Assembly (NCBI GenBank): GCA_964572955.1
Contig: CAZNGY010000008.1
Coordinates: 1-52,111 of the forward strand
Direction: 5' to 3'
Length of the DNA: 52,111 nucleotides
Source of the DNA: an uncultured Lachnoclostridium sp.
Lineage (GTDB): Bacteria; Bacillota; Clostridia; Lachnospirales; Lachnospiraceae
In this document: positions 1 through 9,478 of the stretch, one piece after another
Numbering within the stretch: position 1 is the stretch's first letter
Layout of the letters: each line of letters starts with the position of its first letter
Program-made: the position numbers and the translations under genes
Notes under the pieces: model-generated
What the model was told of the DNA's origin: nothing
Databases searched by the model: none
What the model saw: the letters and a program-made list of their open reading frames with translations, nothing else

Positions 1-136
1 AATACCGACCTCCATTCGTTAGATTATTGGTCTAACTTTTGGGGGTCGGTACAAATCTGTGCTTTTTCTAATTAATCAATTCATTTAAGATGACTACTGC
101 CTTATAGGTCACTCTTCATCATCCGTTTACCATCAA

Positions 137-322
137 TTAATCTTCTGTAGAGATAATCTCACGCTTGTTGTATGAACCGCAAGCCTTACATACTCTGTGA
201 GGCATCATAAGTGCTCCGCACTTGCTGCATTTTACGAGTGCTGGTGCTGTCATCTTCCACTGCGCACGGCGACTGTCTCTTCTTGCCTTTGAATGTTTAT
301 TCTTTGGACAAATAGCTCCCAT
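137..322 (-). CDS. rpmF: 50S ribosomal protein L32
   Basis: 61-aa basic protein with the CxxC...CxxC zinc-ribbon pattern (KCSKCG...CKACG) and an N-terminal KxKxSKARRDxRR region typical of L32. Confidence 0.85.
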   Translation of the reverse strand: MGAICPKNKHSKARRDSRRAQWKMTAPALVKCSKCGALMMPHRVCKACGSYNKREIISTED

Positions 323-424
323 TCTTTACACCTCCTATCACTTTCGGATTTCCGCATAACTTATCTGTCAGCAGACGTATGAAAGCATTATATTACAGTG
401 TGTTTTCTTTGTCAAGAAATTATT

Positions 425-1618
425 TTATTTTGAAACAAGAGCTGTTGTCTCACATGCAATTGCATATTCCTCATTTGTAGGTATTACAAGAACCTTTACC
501 TTAGAATCCGGTGTTGAAATTATGATTTCCTCTCCTCTGACTGCATTTTTGCTGTCATCTATAGTAATTCCAAGGTATCCGAGATACTCACAAACCATCT
601 TTCTTACTGCACCGTCATTTTCACCGATACCGGCTGTAAATGCAATTGCCTCAACACCGTTCATGGCTGCCGTATATGCTCCGATATACTTTGCTGTTCT
701 GTAACAGAAAACATCCCTTGCTTCTTTTGCAAGTTCATTTCCTTCTTTAGCAGCATTATCAAGATCACGGAAATCGGATGATACACCTGACATACCTTCT
801 ACACCACTCTTTTTATTGAGTACATTCATAACTTCACTTATTGAAAGATTCTCTTTATTGGCTATAAACTCAAGTACAGCCGGATCAAGATCACCGGATC
901 TTGTTCCCATCACAAGACCCTCAAGTGGAGTAAGACCCATTGATGTATCTACTGATTTTCCGTTAAGAACTGCTGATACCGATGCCCCGTTACCAAGGTG
1001 ACATACAATCACTTTACTATTGTCCGCATCAAGACCTGCTACGTCAATTACTCTCTTGCTTACATAGCTGTGTGAAGTTCCGTGGAATCCGTAACGACGC
1101 ACTTTATAATTCTCATAATACTCGTGTGGAAGACCGTAAAGATATGCTTTCTTTGGCATTGTCTGATGAAATGCCGTATCAAATACTGCAACCTCAGGTA
1201 CTCCAGGCATAAGCTTTCTGCAGGCATTGATTCCAATAATGTTTGCCGGATTATGAAGAGGTGCAAGATCGTTACATGCTTCAATTGCTTTTACAACCTC
1301 ATCATCAATCACTACTGACTTATTGAATGTTTCTCCGCCGTGTACGACTCTGTGTCCTACAGCCTCAACTTCATCAAGAGATTTAATTATTCCGTACTCT
1401 TCATTTGTAATTGCTGAAAGAACCGCACTTACTGCACACTTATGGTCAGGAAGATCAAGTGTAAAAGTCATTTTTTCTTTACCTGCAGGCTTGTAAACAA
1501 GACGTCCGTCAATTCCTATTCTTTCACAAAGACCGCTCACCATTGCAAGACCTGTCTCTGAATCAATAAGCTGATATTTTAATGAACTGCTTCCGCAGTT
1601 AATTACTAAAACTTTCAT
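425..1618 (-). CDS. ackA: acetate kinase
   Basis: 397 aa. N-terminus MKVLVINCGSSSLKYQL plus later acetate/propionate kinase signatures (GFHGTSH, VHLGNGASV). Its start overlaps the preceding gene junction. Confidence 0.95.
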   Translation of the reverse strand: MKVLVINCGSSSLKYQLIDSETGLAMVSGLCERIGIDGRLVYKPAGKEKMTFTLDLPDHKCAVSAVLSAITNEEYGIIKSLDEVEAVGHRVVHGGETFNKSVVIDDEVVKAIEACNDLAPLHNPANIIGINACRKLMPGVPEVAVFDTAFHQTMPKKAYLYGLPHEYYENYKVRRYGFHGTSHSYVSKRVIDVAGLDADNSKVIVCHLGNGASVSAVLNGKSVDTSMGLTPLEGLVMGTRSGDLDPAVLEFIANKENLSISEVMNVLNKKSGVEGMSGVSSDFRDLDNAAKEGNELAKEARDVFCYRTAKYIGAYTAAMNGVEAIAFTAGIGENDGAVRKMVCEYLGYLGITIDDSKNAVRGEEIIISTPDSKVKVLVIPTNEEYAIACETTALVSK

Positions 1619-1636
1619 ATACTCCTCCTATAAATA

Positions 1637-2632
1637 TTAGTTTGCTGCTGCCTGTACTGCCGTAATTGCAACTACGCCGACAATATCGTCCGCTGAACAT
1701 CCACGGCTAAGGTCATTTACCGGCTTTGCTATTCCCTGGCATACCGGTCCATATGCTTCTGCTTTAGCAAGTCTCTGTACAAGCTTGTATCCAATATTTC
1801 CGGCGTCAAGATCAGGGAAGATAAGTACATTTGCCTGTCCTGCAACGGATGAACCCGGTGCCTTGCTTGCGCCTACGGACGGAACCATTGCAGCATCTGC
1901 CTGAAGTTCATAATCAATTGCAAGGTCAGGTCGTAACTCTGTTGCAATCTTACCTGCCTCAATAACTTTGTCTACATCAGCATGTTTTGCACTGCCCTTA
2001 GTTGAATGACTGAGCATTGCTACCTTTGGCTCTTTCTCTGTTAAAAGTTTGAATGATTCTGCTGAAGAAATTGCAATTGCTGCAAGTTTTTCAGGATCAG
2101 GATTCTGCTCAAGACCACTGTCTCCGAATACAAAAATACCGTTTTCACCATATTCGCAATTTGGTACAACCATAAGGAAGAATGCTGAAACAAGCTTTGT
2201 TCCCGGTTTTGTCTTAATTATCTGAAGAGATGGTCTGAGAGTATTTGCTGTAGAATGACATGCACCTGATACAACACCGTCTGCCGCTCCCATCTTAACC
2301 ATCATACATGCATAATACATAAAGTCTGTTGTAAGAAGCCTCTCAGCCTCTTCAGGAGTCATTCCCTTTGCTTTTCTGAGTTCCGCAAGTGCATCTCTGT
2401 ACTCCGGAAGCTCATTTGCGGTAATAGGATTTACAACCCTGATTCCTTCAATGTCAAGTCCTGCCGCTGCAGTCTGAATCATCTCTTCAGTTGCAAGAAC
2501 TATAACATCCGCAATCTCCTCTTCTTTCACCTTAACTGCTGCCTTCCATGTTCTTTCATCCATGCCTTCCGGAAGCACGATAGTCTTTTTGCAAGCTTTT
2601 GCTCTTGCCTTAATCTGATCAATAAATGCCAT
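1637..2632 (-). CDS. pta: phosphate acetyltransferase
   Basis: 331 aa, PTA/PTB family. Lies immediately upstream of ackA in the classic pta-ackA arrangement. Confidence 0.92.
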   Translation of the reverse strand: MAFIDQIKARAKACKKTIVLPEGMDERTWKAAVKVKEEEIADVIVLATEEMIQTAAAGLDIEGIRVVNPITANELPEYRDALAELRKAKGMTPEEAERLLTTDFMYYACMMVKMGAADGVVSGACHSTANTLRPSLQIIKTKPGTKLVSAFFLMVVPNCEYGENGIFVFGDSGLEQNPDPEKLAAIAISSAESFKLLTEKEPKVAMLSHSTKGSAKHADVDKVIEAGKIATELRPDLAIDYELQADAAMVPSVGASKAPGSSVAGQANVLIFPDLDAGNIGYKLVQRLAKAEAYGPVCQGIAKPVNDLSRGCSADDIVGVVAITAVQAAAN

Positions 2633-2867
2633 GAGAAAAATCTCCCTTTCATATATTATTTTGTAAATACTTTTTATTATGCAGATTTATCTGCCTTTAT
2701 CTGTGATGTTCTCCTCAGAGAAACAGGACGGATACTTATAAAAACCCTTGTCAATTATACTCCTATGACTTTTTAAAGACAAGTACGAAATCTTTATTAT
2801 CGGAATATTTAGCATTATTGCCTCTTTTAGGGCATATATTTCAAACAAAGGTCAGAGGATTTATATT

Positions 2868-5468
2868 TTGAAAGATTCTTATATGTTAAACCGAACTTCA
2901 CTTATACAGAGTCTGAAAACTGATAAAGAAAAGGGGCTCAGCCCCCATGAGCGCAAAGTCCGGCTTATAAAATACGGTAAAAATACTCTGCCTGAAAAAA
3001 AGAGAAAAAGCTTTATTATGCGTTTTTTCTCCCAGTTCGCCAATTTCATGATTCTCATACTTCTGATTGCCGCAGGACTTTCTCTATATACTTCTTATCT
3101 TGCAGGACAGACCGACTTTACTGAACCTGCTATAATTCTTGCAATTCTGATTCTCAACGCTTTTCTGGGTGCCGTTCAGGAATCACGTGCCGAAAATTCC
3201 CTTCAGGCATTAAAAAAATGCCAGTCGCCCAAAGCAACCATTTTATGCAATGGGAATTATATAGTAATTCCTGCCGAAGAACTTGTTCCCGGCGATATAA
3301 TAAGCCTTCATCAAGGCTCCGTTGTTCCTGCCGACGCAAGACTTATTGATGCGGTTTCACTCTGCACAAACGAGTCAGCTCTTACCGGTGAGAGTCTTTC
3401 CGTCACAAAAAACGCATCCTCATCATTCAATAAAGAAGTTACTCTCGGAGACCGTAAAAATATGATCTATTCCTCCACCATAATAACTTCCGGACACTGT
3501 ACTGCTCTTGTAACCGAAACCGGTTCCGATACTGAAATCGGACATATCGCCGAGATGCTCAATACAGAAACATTGCCTGTCACTCCGCTTATGAATAAGA
3601 TGAATTCCCTGAGTCGTGTTCTTGGTATTTCGTGTATAGTCATATGTATTTTTATCTTCCTTATCGGAATTTATCGAAACATGCCGCTCACCGAAATGTT
3701 TCTTACAAGCATAAGTCTTGCCGTTGCCTCAATTCCCGAAGGACTTCCTGCCGTTGTCACAATAATGTTAAGCATAGGAGTTATGCGGCTCGCAGGACAG
3801 CGATGTATAACAAGGAACCTGTCTGCCGCCGAGACACTCGGTCGTGTTACCGTAATATGCAGTGACAAAACCGGAACTCTTACCAGGAATAAAATGACTC
3901 TTGCCGGTTATTTTGTTCCATCGTCACCCAAACCCGTAACAATCAGGAATCCCCTAAAAAGTTATGAAACTCTGTCCAAAATTCTTAAATCTGCATACAT
4001 AAACACCTCTATTGAGGGAAATAATGGTGATGCTACCGAAAAGGCAATTGCTGAAGCTGCCTCTGAACTCAAAATTCCTAAAATGCATGGCAGGGAAAGA
4101 AAAATATTTGAAATTCCCTTTAACTCCGAACGTAAATACATGGCAAGCTTTATATCTGATGACAAACATACCGTTTTATATGTCAAAGGTGCAATCGACC
4201 GTGTACTGCCGATGTGTGTAAATAGTGATTTTTCCACTGCAAACAAAATCAATGGTTATTTTACCAACGAAGCCTATCGTGTACTTTGCGTTGCATCAAA
4301 AAAACTTTCTTCTGACGAATGTACTTTTATGAAACATGTAATTAAATCTGATTCCTTTAACACTGCGATTTCTAACGACATTCAAGACAAATTACTGAAA
4401 GGTCTCAGTTTCGAAGGTCTTTTAGCCTTTTCCGACCCTCCAAGACCTGAAGTAAAAAAAGCAATTGAAAAAGCAATGAATGCCGGAATCCATACAGTTA
4501 TGATTACCGGAGATCATGTAAACACTGCAATTTCCGTTGCAAAGGAATTAGGTATTCCCTGCAAAAATGCCGTCACCGGTGCAGATCTTGAGAAAATGAG
4601 TGATGAAATGCTTATAAAACAGTGTTCAGACTGCTTTATTTTTGCCAGAGTTTCTCCTCATCACAAAGTCAGACTGGTCAAGGCTTATCAATCACTAGGA
4701 AATTGTGTTGTCATGACCGGCGACGGAATCAATGATGCTCCTGCACTAAACACCGCTGACATAGGTGCTGCCATGGGTCTTAGCGGCACGGATGTGGCAA
4801 GAGATGCCGCTGATCTGGTTCTTACGGATGATAATTATTCTACTATAGTAGACGCTATTTTCTGCGGCAGGGGTATAATAGAAAATATACAAAAATCCAT
4901 ACATTTCCTCCTTTCATGCAATACCGGTGAAATTCTTACCGTGCTTTTTGCCCTGCTTGCAGGGCTCCCTGCTCCCCTTGCCGCAATTCAGCTTTTATGG
5001 ATTAATCTGATAACAGATTCACTCCCTGCAATAGCTATAGGGCTGACTTCACCATCTTCAGACGTCCTTTTCGGTAATCCTGTTTCAAACCAAAAAGCCT
5101 TTTTCTCAAGAACCGAACTTTTCAGGATTCTGCTTGAAGGGTCTCTTATTGCTGCAATCTCACTCGTCGCATATACTGTTTACGGATGCACCGGATGTTT
5201 TATCGTTCTCGGAATGAGTGAACTTATGCATTCATTTAATTTTAAAAGTAAAAAAAGCCTCTTCAAGAGACTTCCTCACAATCCATATTTAAATCTTTCA
5301 TTTTTGATATGTTCCGTTCTACAGCTGGGAGTTGTTCTCATCCCCTCCGCTGCCGCATGTTTTTCGTTAACTCCTCTTACAGCAAAAGAACTTATTTCAC
5401 TGATTCTCCTGAGTTCAAGCATAATTCTTATAAGTGAATTCGAAAAGATACTGTATAAGGATAAATAA
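2868..5468 (+). CDS. P-type cation-transporting ATPase, PMCA/SERCA-like Ca2+ pump
   Basis: 866 aa with the phosphorylation motif CSDKTGTLT, TM4 PEGLP, the hinge GDGINDAPAL and multiple TM segments. The annotated ORF begins with TTG; an in-frame ATG at 2883 is an alternative start. Confidence 0.9.
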   Translation: MKDSYMLNRTSLIQSLKTDKEKGLSPHERKVRLIKYGKNTLPEKKRKSFIMRFFSQFANFMILILLIAAGLSLYTSYLAGQTDFTEPAIILAILILNAFLGAVQESRAENSLQALKKCQSPKATILCNGNYIVIPAEELVPGDIISLHQGSVVPADARLIDAVSLCTNESALTGESLSVTKNASSSFNKEVTLGDRKNMIYSSTIITSGHCTALVTETGSDTEIGHIAEMLNTETLPVTPLMNKMNSLSRVLGISCIVICIFIFLIGIYRNMPLTEMFLTSISLAVASIPEGLPAVVTIMLSIGVMRLAGQRCITRNLSAAETLGRVTVICSDKTGTLTRNKMTLAGYFVPSSPKPVTIRNPLKSYETLSKILKSAYINTSIEGNNGDATEKAIAEAASELKIPKMHGRERKIFEIPFNSERKYMASFISDDKHTVLYVKGAIDRVLPMCVNSDFSTANKINGYFTNEAYRVLCVASKKLSSDECTFMKHVIKSDSFNTAISNDIQDKLLKGLSFEGLLAFSDPPRPEVKKAIEKAMNAGIHTVMITGDHVNTAISVAKELGIPCKNAVTGADLEKMSDEMLIKQCSDCFIFARVSPHHKVRLVKAYQSLGNCVVMTGDGINDAPALNTADIGAAMGLSGTDVARDAADLVLTDDNYSTIVDAIFCGRGIIENIQKSIHFLLSCNTGEILTVLFALLAGLPAPLAAIQLLWINLITDSLPAIAIGLTSPSSDVLFGNPVSNQKAFFSRTELFRILLEGSLIAAISLVAYTVYGCTGCFIVLGMSELMHSFNFKSKKSLFKRLPHNPYLNLSFLICSVLQLGVVLIPSAAACFSLTPLTAKELISLILLSSSIILISEFEKILYKDK

Positions 5469-5487
5469 AAAAAGATATGCATTAATT

Positions 5488-5529
5488 TATATGCCGCTTC
5501 CAAATCTTAAATCCAGAAAGCGGCATATA
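5488..5529. terminator. bidirectional rho-independent terminator between the convergent ATPase gene and ribH
   Basis: Perfect inverted repeat TATATGCCGCTTC...GAAAGCGGCATATA flanked by A/T runs. Confidence 0.7.
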
Positions 5530-5576
5530 TTCCTCATATCTTATCACTTGGTATTTCAATCCGTATTCAGTTAACC

Positions 5577-6050
5577 TTAGATTTTCTCAATAAGATTTAC
5601 CATTTCAATTGCCGAAAGTGCACAATCGTATCCTTTGTTGCCTGCCTTGCTTCCGGCTCTTGCTATTGCCTGTTCAATATTTTCTGTTGTGATCACACCA
5701 AACAGTGTAGGCACACCTGTTACAAGTCCTACATGTGCAACACCCTTTGAAACTTCACTGCATACATAATCATAATGAGTTGTATCACCTCTGATTACTG
5801 CACCTACACATATAACAGCGTCATATTTTCCCGATTCTGCCATCTTCTGTGCCACCAAAGGAATTTCAAAAGCTCCCGGCACCCATGCTGCCGTGATGTT
5901 ATCCTCTTCCACTCCGTGTCTTACAAGACCATCAACTGCACCGCCAAGAAGTTTATTAACGATGATTTCATTAAATCTTGACGCAACAATCCCTACCTTC
6001 ATTCCCTCCGGTGCTACAACTTTTCCTTCCAAAAGATTAATCTGTTTCAT
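5577..6050 (-). CDS. ribH: 6,7-dimethyl-8-ribityllumazine synthase
   Basis: 157 aa. MKxxxGxxxAxGxKxGIVxSRFNExI signature. Overlaps ribBA by 14 nt. Confidence 0.93.
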   Translation of the reverse strand: MKQINLLEGKVVAPEGMKVGIVASRFNEIIVNKLLGGAVDGLVRHGVEEDNITAAWVPGAFEIPLVAQKMAESGKYDAVICVGAVIRGDTTHYDYVCSEVSKGVAHVGLVTGVPTLFGVITTENIEQAIARAGSKAGNKGYDCALSAIEMVNLIEKI

Positions 6051-7302
6051 TTTTTATCCTCCATTGTTTATTTTCTGTTTCTACATCTATTTCCTTAAAA
6101 ATATGTCCCATTTTCTCTTTCTTGGTACGCATATAAAAAAGGTCATATTTCTGCGGTTTAATTTCAATCGGAATTCTTTCTGTTATTTCAATTCCAAAAT
6201 CTCCGAGTCCATATATTTTTTCCGGATTATTGGTCAGCAGTCTTAAAGTTTTTACTCCTAAATCTTTAAGGATTTGAGCCCCTACCCAGTATTCTCTTAA
6301 GTCCGGTGCAAATCCAAGCATAACATTTGCTTCAACAGTATCAAATCCCTGTTCCTGAAGCTCATATGCCTTTAATTTGTTTATAAGCCCGATTCCGCGT
6401 CCCTCCTGACGCATATAAAGGATTATTCCGCGCCCCTCTTTTTCAACCATTTCCATTGCACGCTGAAGCTGTTCTCCGCAATCACACCTGCTCGAACCAA
6501 ACACATCTCCCGTCAGGCATTCAGAGTGAACACGACACAACACATCCTTTCCGTCTCCAATGTCCCCCTTTACAAGCGCAACATGATGTTCTCCTGTTAC
6601 ATCATTAACATATCCTTTTATCGTAAACTCGCCATATTTCGTCGGAAGCATTGCATCGGCAACCCTTTCCACATGCTTCACGTTTGTGCGTATATAATTC
6701 TGCAGGTCTGCAATGGTAATAAATTTGAGGTTATATTCTTTTGCCAGCTTATGAAGATTTTCTGTCCGCATCATTGTGCCGTCATCTTCCATTATCTCAC
6801 AGCACACACCACATGCCTTAAGTCCTGCCAGTGTACATAAATCAACCGTTGCTTCCGTATGACCGTTTCTGACAAGAACACCACCTTTTCTTGCAGTAAG
6901 CGGAAAAACATGTCCCGGTCTTCTGAATTCCGACGGACTGACTCCGTCTTCACAGCATTTTCTCATTGTATAGGCTCTTTCTTCTGCTGATATTCCCGTT
7001 GTGGTATCTGAATGGTCAATTGAAACCGTAAATGCCGTACAATGATTATCAGTATTGTTCTCAACCATTTGTGGCAGTCCGAGTTTTTCTGCCATTTCAG
7101 CACTCATTGGAGTACAGATAAGACCTTTTGCATGACATGCCATAAAGTTTATGTTTTCCCTTGTAGCAAATTCAGCAGCACAAATCATATCACCCTCATT
7201 TTCCCTGTCACTGTCATCCGTTACCAATATTATTTTTCCGGCTCTGAGATCATCCAAAGCCTCATCTATAGAATTATATTTATATTCCATACCAACCTCC
7301 AT
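6037..7302 (-). CDS. ribBA: bifunctional 3,4-dihydroxy-2-butanone-4-phosphate synthase / GTP cyclohydrolase II
   Basis: 421 aa. DHBP synthase N-half ([12 protein letters not shown]) and GTP cyclohydrolase II C-half ([21 protein letters not shown]). Confidence 0.95.
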   Translation of the reverse strand: MEVGMEYKYNSIDEALDDLRAGKIILVTDDSDRENEGDMICAAEFATRENINFMACHAKGLICTPMSAEMAEKLGLPQMVENNTDNHCTAFTVSIDHSDTTTGISAEERAYTMRKCCEDGVSPSEFRRPGHVFPLTARKGGVLVRNGHTEATVDLCTLAGLKACGVCCEIMEDDGTMMRTENLHKLAKEYNLKFITIADLQNYIRTNVKHVERVADAMLPTKYGEFTIKGYVNDVTGEHHVALVKGDIGDGKDVLCRVHSECLTGDVFGSSRCDCGEQLQRAMEMVEKEGRGIILYMRQEGRGIGLINKLKAYELQEQGFDTVEANVMLGFAPDLREYWVGAQILKDLGVKTLRLLTNNPEKIYGLGDFGIEITERIPIEIKPQKYDLFYMRTKKEKMGHIFKEIDVETENKQWRIKNETD

Positions 7303-7308
7303 TACGTA

Positions 7309-7983
7309 TCAATATCCAAGTTCCCTCAGCATATCCATTGATACACCAAACTCCTTACTCTTTTCCTGATTTTCAATCTGCAGTGTTCCACCGCCGCCAT
7401 AACTTAAGAATCTCTCAACATACTTACCTACAATATCATTTTCAAGATTCACAATATCTCCCGGTTTTTTCAGAAGCAGACCGGTTTCCTGTCCTGTATG
7501 AGGTATTATCGAAACCGAAAAATCTGATTTACCAAGGTCTGCAACCGTAAGGCTTATTCCGTCAATTGCTATAGAGCCTTTCATCACTATGAATTTCAGA
7601 ATATCTGCTGACGTTTCTATCGTAACCCAAACCGCATTCTGTTCTTTCCTCATTGATTTTATTTTTCCGGTTCCGTCAATATGCCCGGAAACAATATGTC
7701 CTCCAAATCTTCCGCCGCAAAGCATTGCTCTTTCAAGATTCACAGGTGAACCGCACGAAAGAGAGGCCAGACTGCTCCTTCTCACTGTTTCAGCCATAAC
7801 ATCGGCCGTAAACGAATCAGACTGCAGTGAGGTCACCGTAAGACAAACTCCGTTTACTGCAATACTGTCACCTATTTTAGTGCCTTTTAAGACCTCATCG
7901 GCTGCTATCATAATACTTCCGGAACTTCCTGAAAAATTCATTTTTCTGACAGTTCCCTGTTCCTCAATTATACCGGTAAACAT
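7309..7983 (-). CDS. ribE: riboflavin synthase alpha subunit
   Basis: 224 aa. Begins MFTGIIEEQG with a duplicated lumazine-binding fold. Confidence 0.9.
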   Translation of the reverse strand: MFTGIIEEQGTVRKMNFSGSSGSIMIAADEVLKGTKIGDSIAVNGVCLTVTSLQSDSFTADVMAETVRRSSLASLSCGSPVNLERAMLCGGRFGGHIVSGHIDGTGKIKSMRKEQNAVWVTIETSADILKFIVMKGSIAIDGISLTVADLGKSDFSVSIIPHTGQETGLLLKKPGDIVNLENDIVGKYVERFLSYGGGGTLQIENQEKSKEFGVSMDMLRELGY

Positions 7984-8004
7984 ATATTCGAAAGGCCCTT
8001 TAAT

Positions 8005-9111
8005 TTAAAAGGCCTGTTCCTCCTTTTTAATTCTCTCATAACTCAAGCGCACATCTTCGCCTATCTGCTTCACACCGCAAAGTCTTAGTCTGCAGGCTTT
8101 GTCTATCTCACCTATTCCTTCTCCTCCGACCGGAGACTTTGCCGTCTTTCCTCCGAAAATCTTTGGAGCAACATAGACCTCCGCTCTGTCTATCAAATCA
8201 TTCCTGAGAATAGAATCATTTAATTCACCGCCACCTTCAACCAGAACACTGTCAATTTTGTTCTGCCCCAAAAACTTTATGAGTCGCTTTACGTCAACCC
8301 TTCCTCTGTCATCAGGCACAAAGACCGTCTCTATCCCCATTGCCTCAAGTTCATCCCTTTTTCCCTTATTCTCAATTCCATATGCTACAATCGTACGATA
8401 TTTATCTGCTGTACGGCATATATTGGATTCAGTCGGAATTCTCAAAGCAGAGTCACATATTATCCTGACAGGACTTTTCAGATTATCTCCTCTTGCATTA
8501 AGCATCGGGTTATCAGCCAGTACCGTTCCTATTCCCGCCATTATTCCCATATACCTGTGTCTTAATCCGGCAACATCCTTTCTGGCTTCTTCACCGGTAA
8601 TCCACTTGGATTCTCCGGTCACCGTAGCAATTTTTCCGTCTGCCGTCATTGCATATTTTAAAACCACATAAGGCATTCCTGTTGAAATATACTTAAAAAA
8701 AACCGGATTCAGTCCGTCACATTCTTTCCTCATGAAATCATTTTCTACCGTAATTCCGTTTTCCCTGAGAATCCCCGCTCCTTTTCCCGAAACAAGCGGA
8801 TTAGGATCTCTTGAACCTATTACCACACGGGAAATTCCTGAATTTATAATCGCTTCAGTACATGGCGGTGTCTTGCCATAATGACAACACGGCTCAAGTG
8901 TAACATAAATTGTTGCACCTTCAGCAGATTCCGTAAGTGATGCTATTGCATTTCTCTCAGCATGAAGTTCTCCATACCTTTCATGAAATCCCTCACCTAT
9001 AATTCGCTCACCTTTTACAATTACGGCTCCAACCATGGGATTAGGATTTACATATCCCTCTCCTTTTTCAGCAAGCTCAATTGCTCTTCTCATGTAAACT
9101 TCATCTTTCAT
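8005..9111 (-). CDS. ribD: bifunctional riboflavin biosynthesis deaminase/reductase
   Basis: 368 aa. CMP/dCMP deaminase zinc motif (HAERNAI...TLEPCCHYGKTPPC) plus a C-terminal RibD reductase domain. First gene of the rib operon. Confidence 0.93.
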   Translation of the reverse strand: MKDEVYMRRAIELAEKGEGYVNPNPMVGAVIVKGERIIGEGFHERYGELHAERNAIASLTESAEGATIYVTLEPCCHYGKTPPCTEAIINSGISRVVIGSRDPNPLVSGKGAGILRENGITVENDFMRKECDGLNPVFFKYISTGMPYVVLKYAMTADGKIATVTGESKWITGEEARKDVAGLRHRYMGIMAGIGTVLADNPMLNARGDNLKSPVRIICDSALRIPTESNICRTADKYRTIVAYGIENKGKRDELEAMGIETVFVPDDRGRVDVKRLIKFLGQNKIDSVLVEGGGELNDSILRNDLIDRAEVYVAPKIFGGKTAKSPVGGEGIGEIDKACRLRLCGVKQIGEDVRLSYERIKKEEQAF

Positions 9112-9207
9112 AGTGTACCTCTTTATCCATAAAGTTCGTATCCTGCTCCGTCATATACCAAAAACAGCGGCTGAAAATTATATCGTGCCACAAAAAAAGA
9201 CTTTCAC

Positions 9208-9252
9208 GCAACAAAAAAACAGACTCCGAAACCTATGCTTCAGAGCCTGTAA
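9208..9252 (-). terminator. intrinsic terminator of the FMN riboswitch expression platform
   Basis: Minus-strand RNA CAGGCUCUGAAGC-AUA-GGUUUCGGAGUCUG forms a 13-bp stem with G-U pairs and is followed by UUUUUUUGUUG. It lies about 70 nt after the aptamer and about 100 nt before the ribD ATG. Confidence 0.65.
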
Positions 9253-9287
9253 TCATTAAATCACAGTTAAAAGAATAATCATGATAA

Positions 9288-9412
9288 AACTCTTCTCACA
9301 TCCAGACTATACTGTCGGCTCCGGAATCTGACCGGATCATGCCAAATATGGCTCGCGGGCTGTACCGCCGGTAGGGAATTCCAAAAGGTCACCCTGCCCT
9401 GAAGATTCATTC
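9288..9412 (-). ncRNA. FMN riboswitch (RFN element) controlling the ribDE(BA)H operon
   Basis: Minus-strand RNA contains CUUCAGGGCAGGGUGA..AUUCCCUACCGGCGGUA..AGCCCGCGAGCC..GAUCCGGUCAGAUUCCGGAGCCGACAGUAUAGUCUGGAUGUGAGAAG. This matches the conserved RFN cores GGGCAGGGUGAAAUUCCC.ACCGGCGGUA and AGCCGACAGU.AAGUCUGGAUG. Confidence 0.88.
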
Positions 9413-9478
9413 AAATTACATCTGCCATTATAACACAAAAGAATTTACTGTCAACAATTCACTTTTATCATCTGTCTT

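Noticed and set aside
1-136. Inverted repeat TACCGACC...GGTCGGTA downstream of rpmF, considered as a terminator or as a tRNA fragment.
   Set aside because: The stem is separated by a 33-nt loop with no U-tract. There is no cloverleaf. The sequence is truncated by the window edge.
522-1318. Several 60-80-aa ORFs (522..704, 816..1001, 982..1212, 1060..1284, 1082..1318) overlapping ackA on either strand.
   Set aside because: They lie fully inside a well-supported acetate kinase gene. They have low-complexity or odd composition and no RBS, so they are antisense or out-of-frame artefacts.
137-1618. Absence of a DUF177/YceD gene between ackA and rpmF.
   Set aside because: This is merely an arrangement difference. 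A 100-bp gap cannot hold a gene, and it has no functional implication.
3154-4252. Short ORFs inside the P-type ATPase gene (both strands).
   Set aside because: They are embedded in a gene with continuous strong P-type ATPase motifs and show no independent signals.
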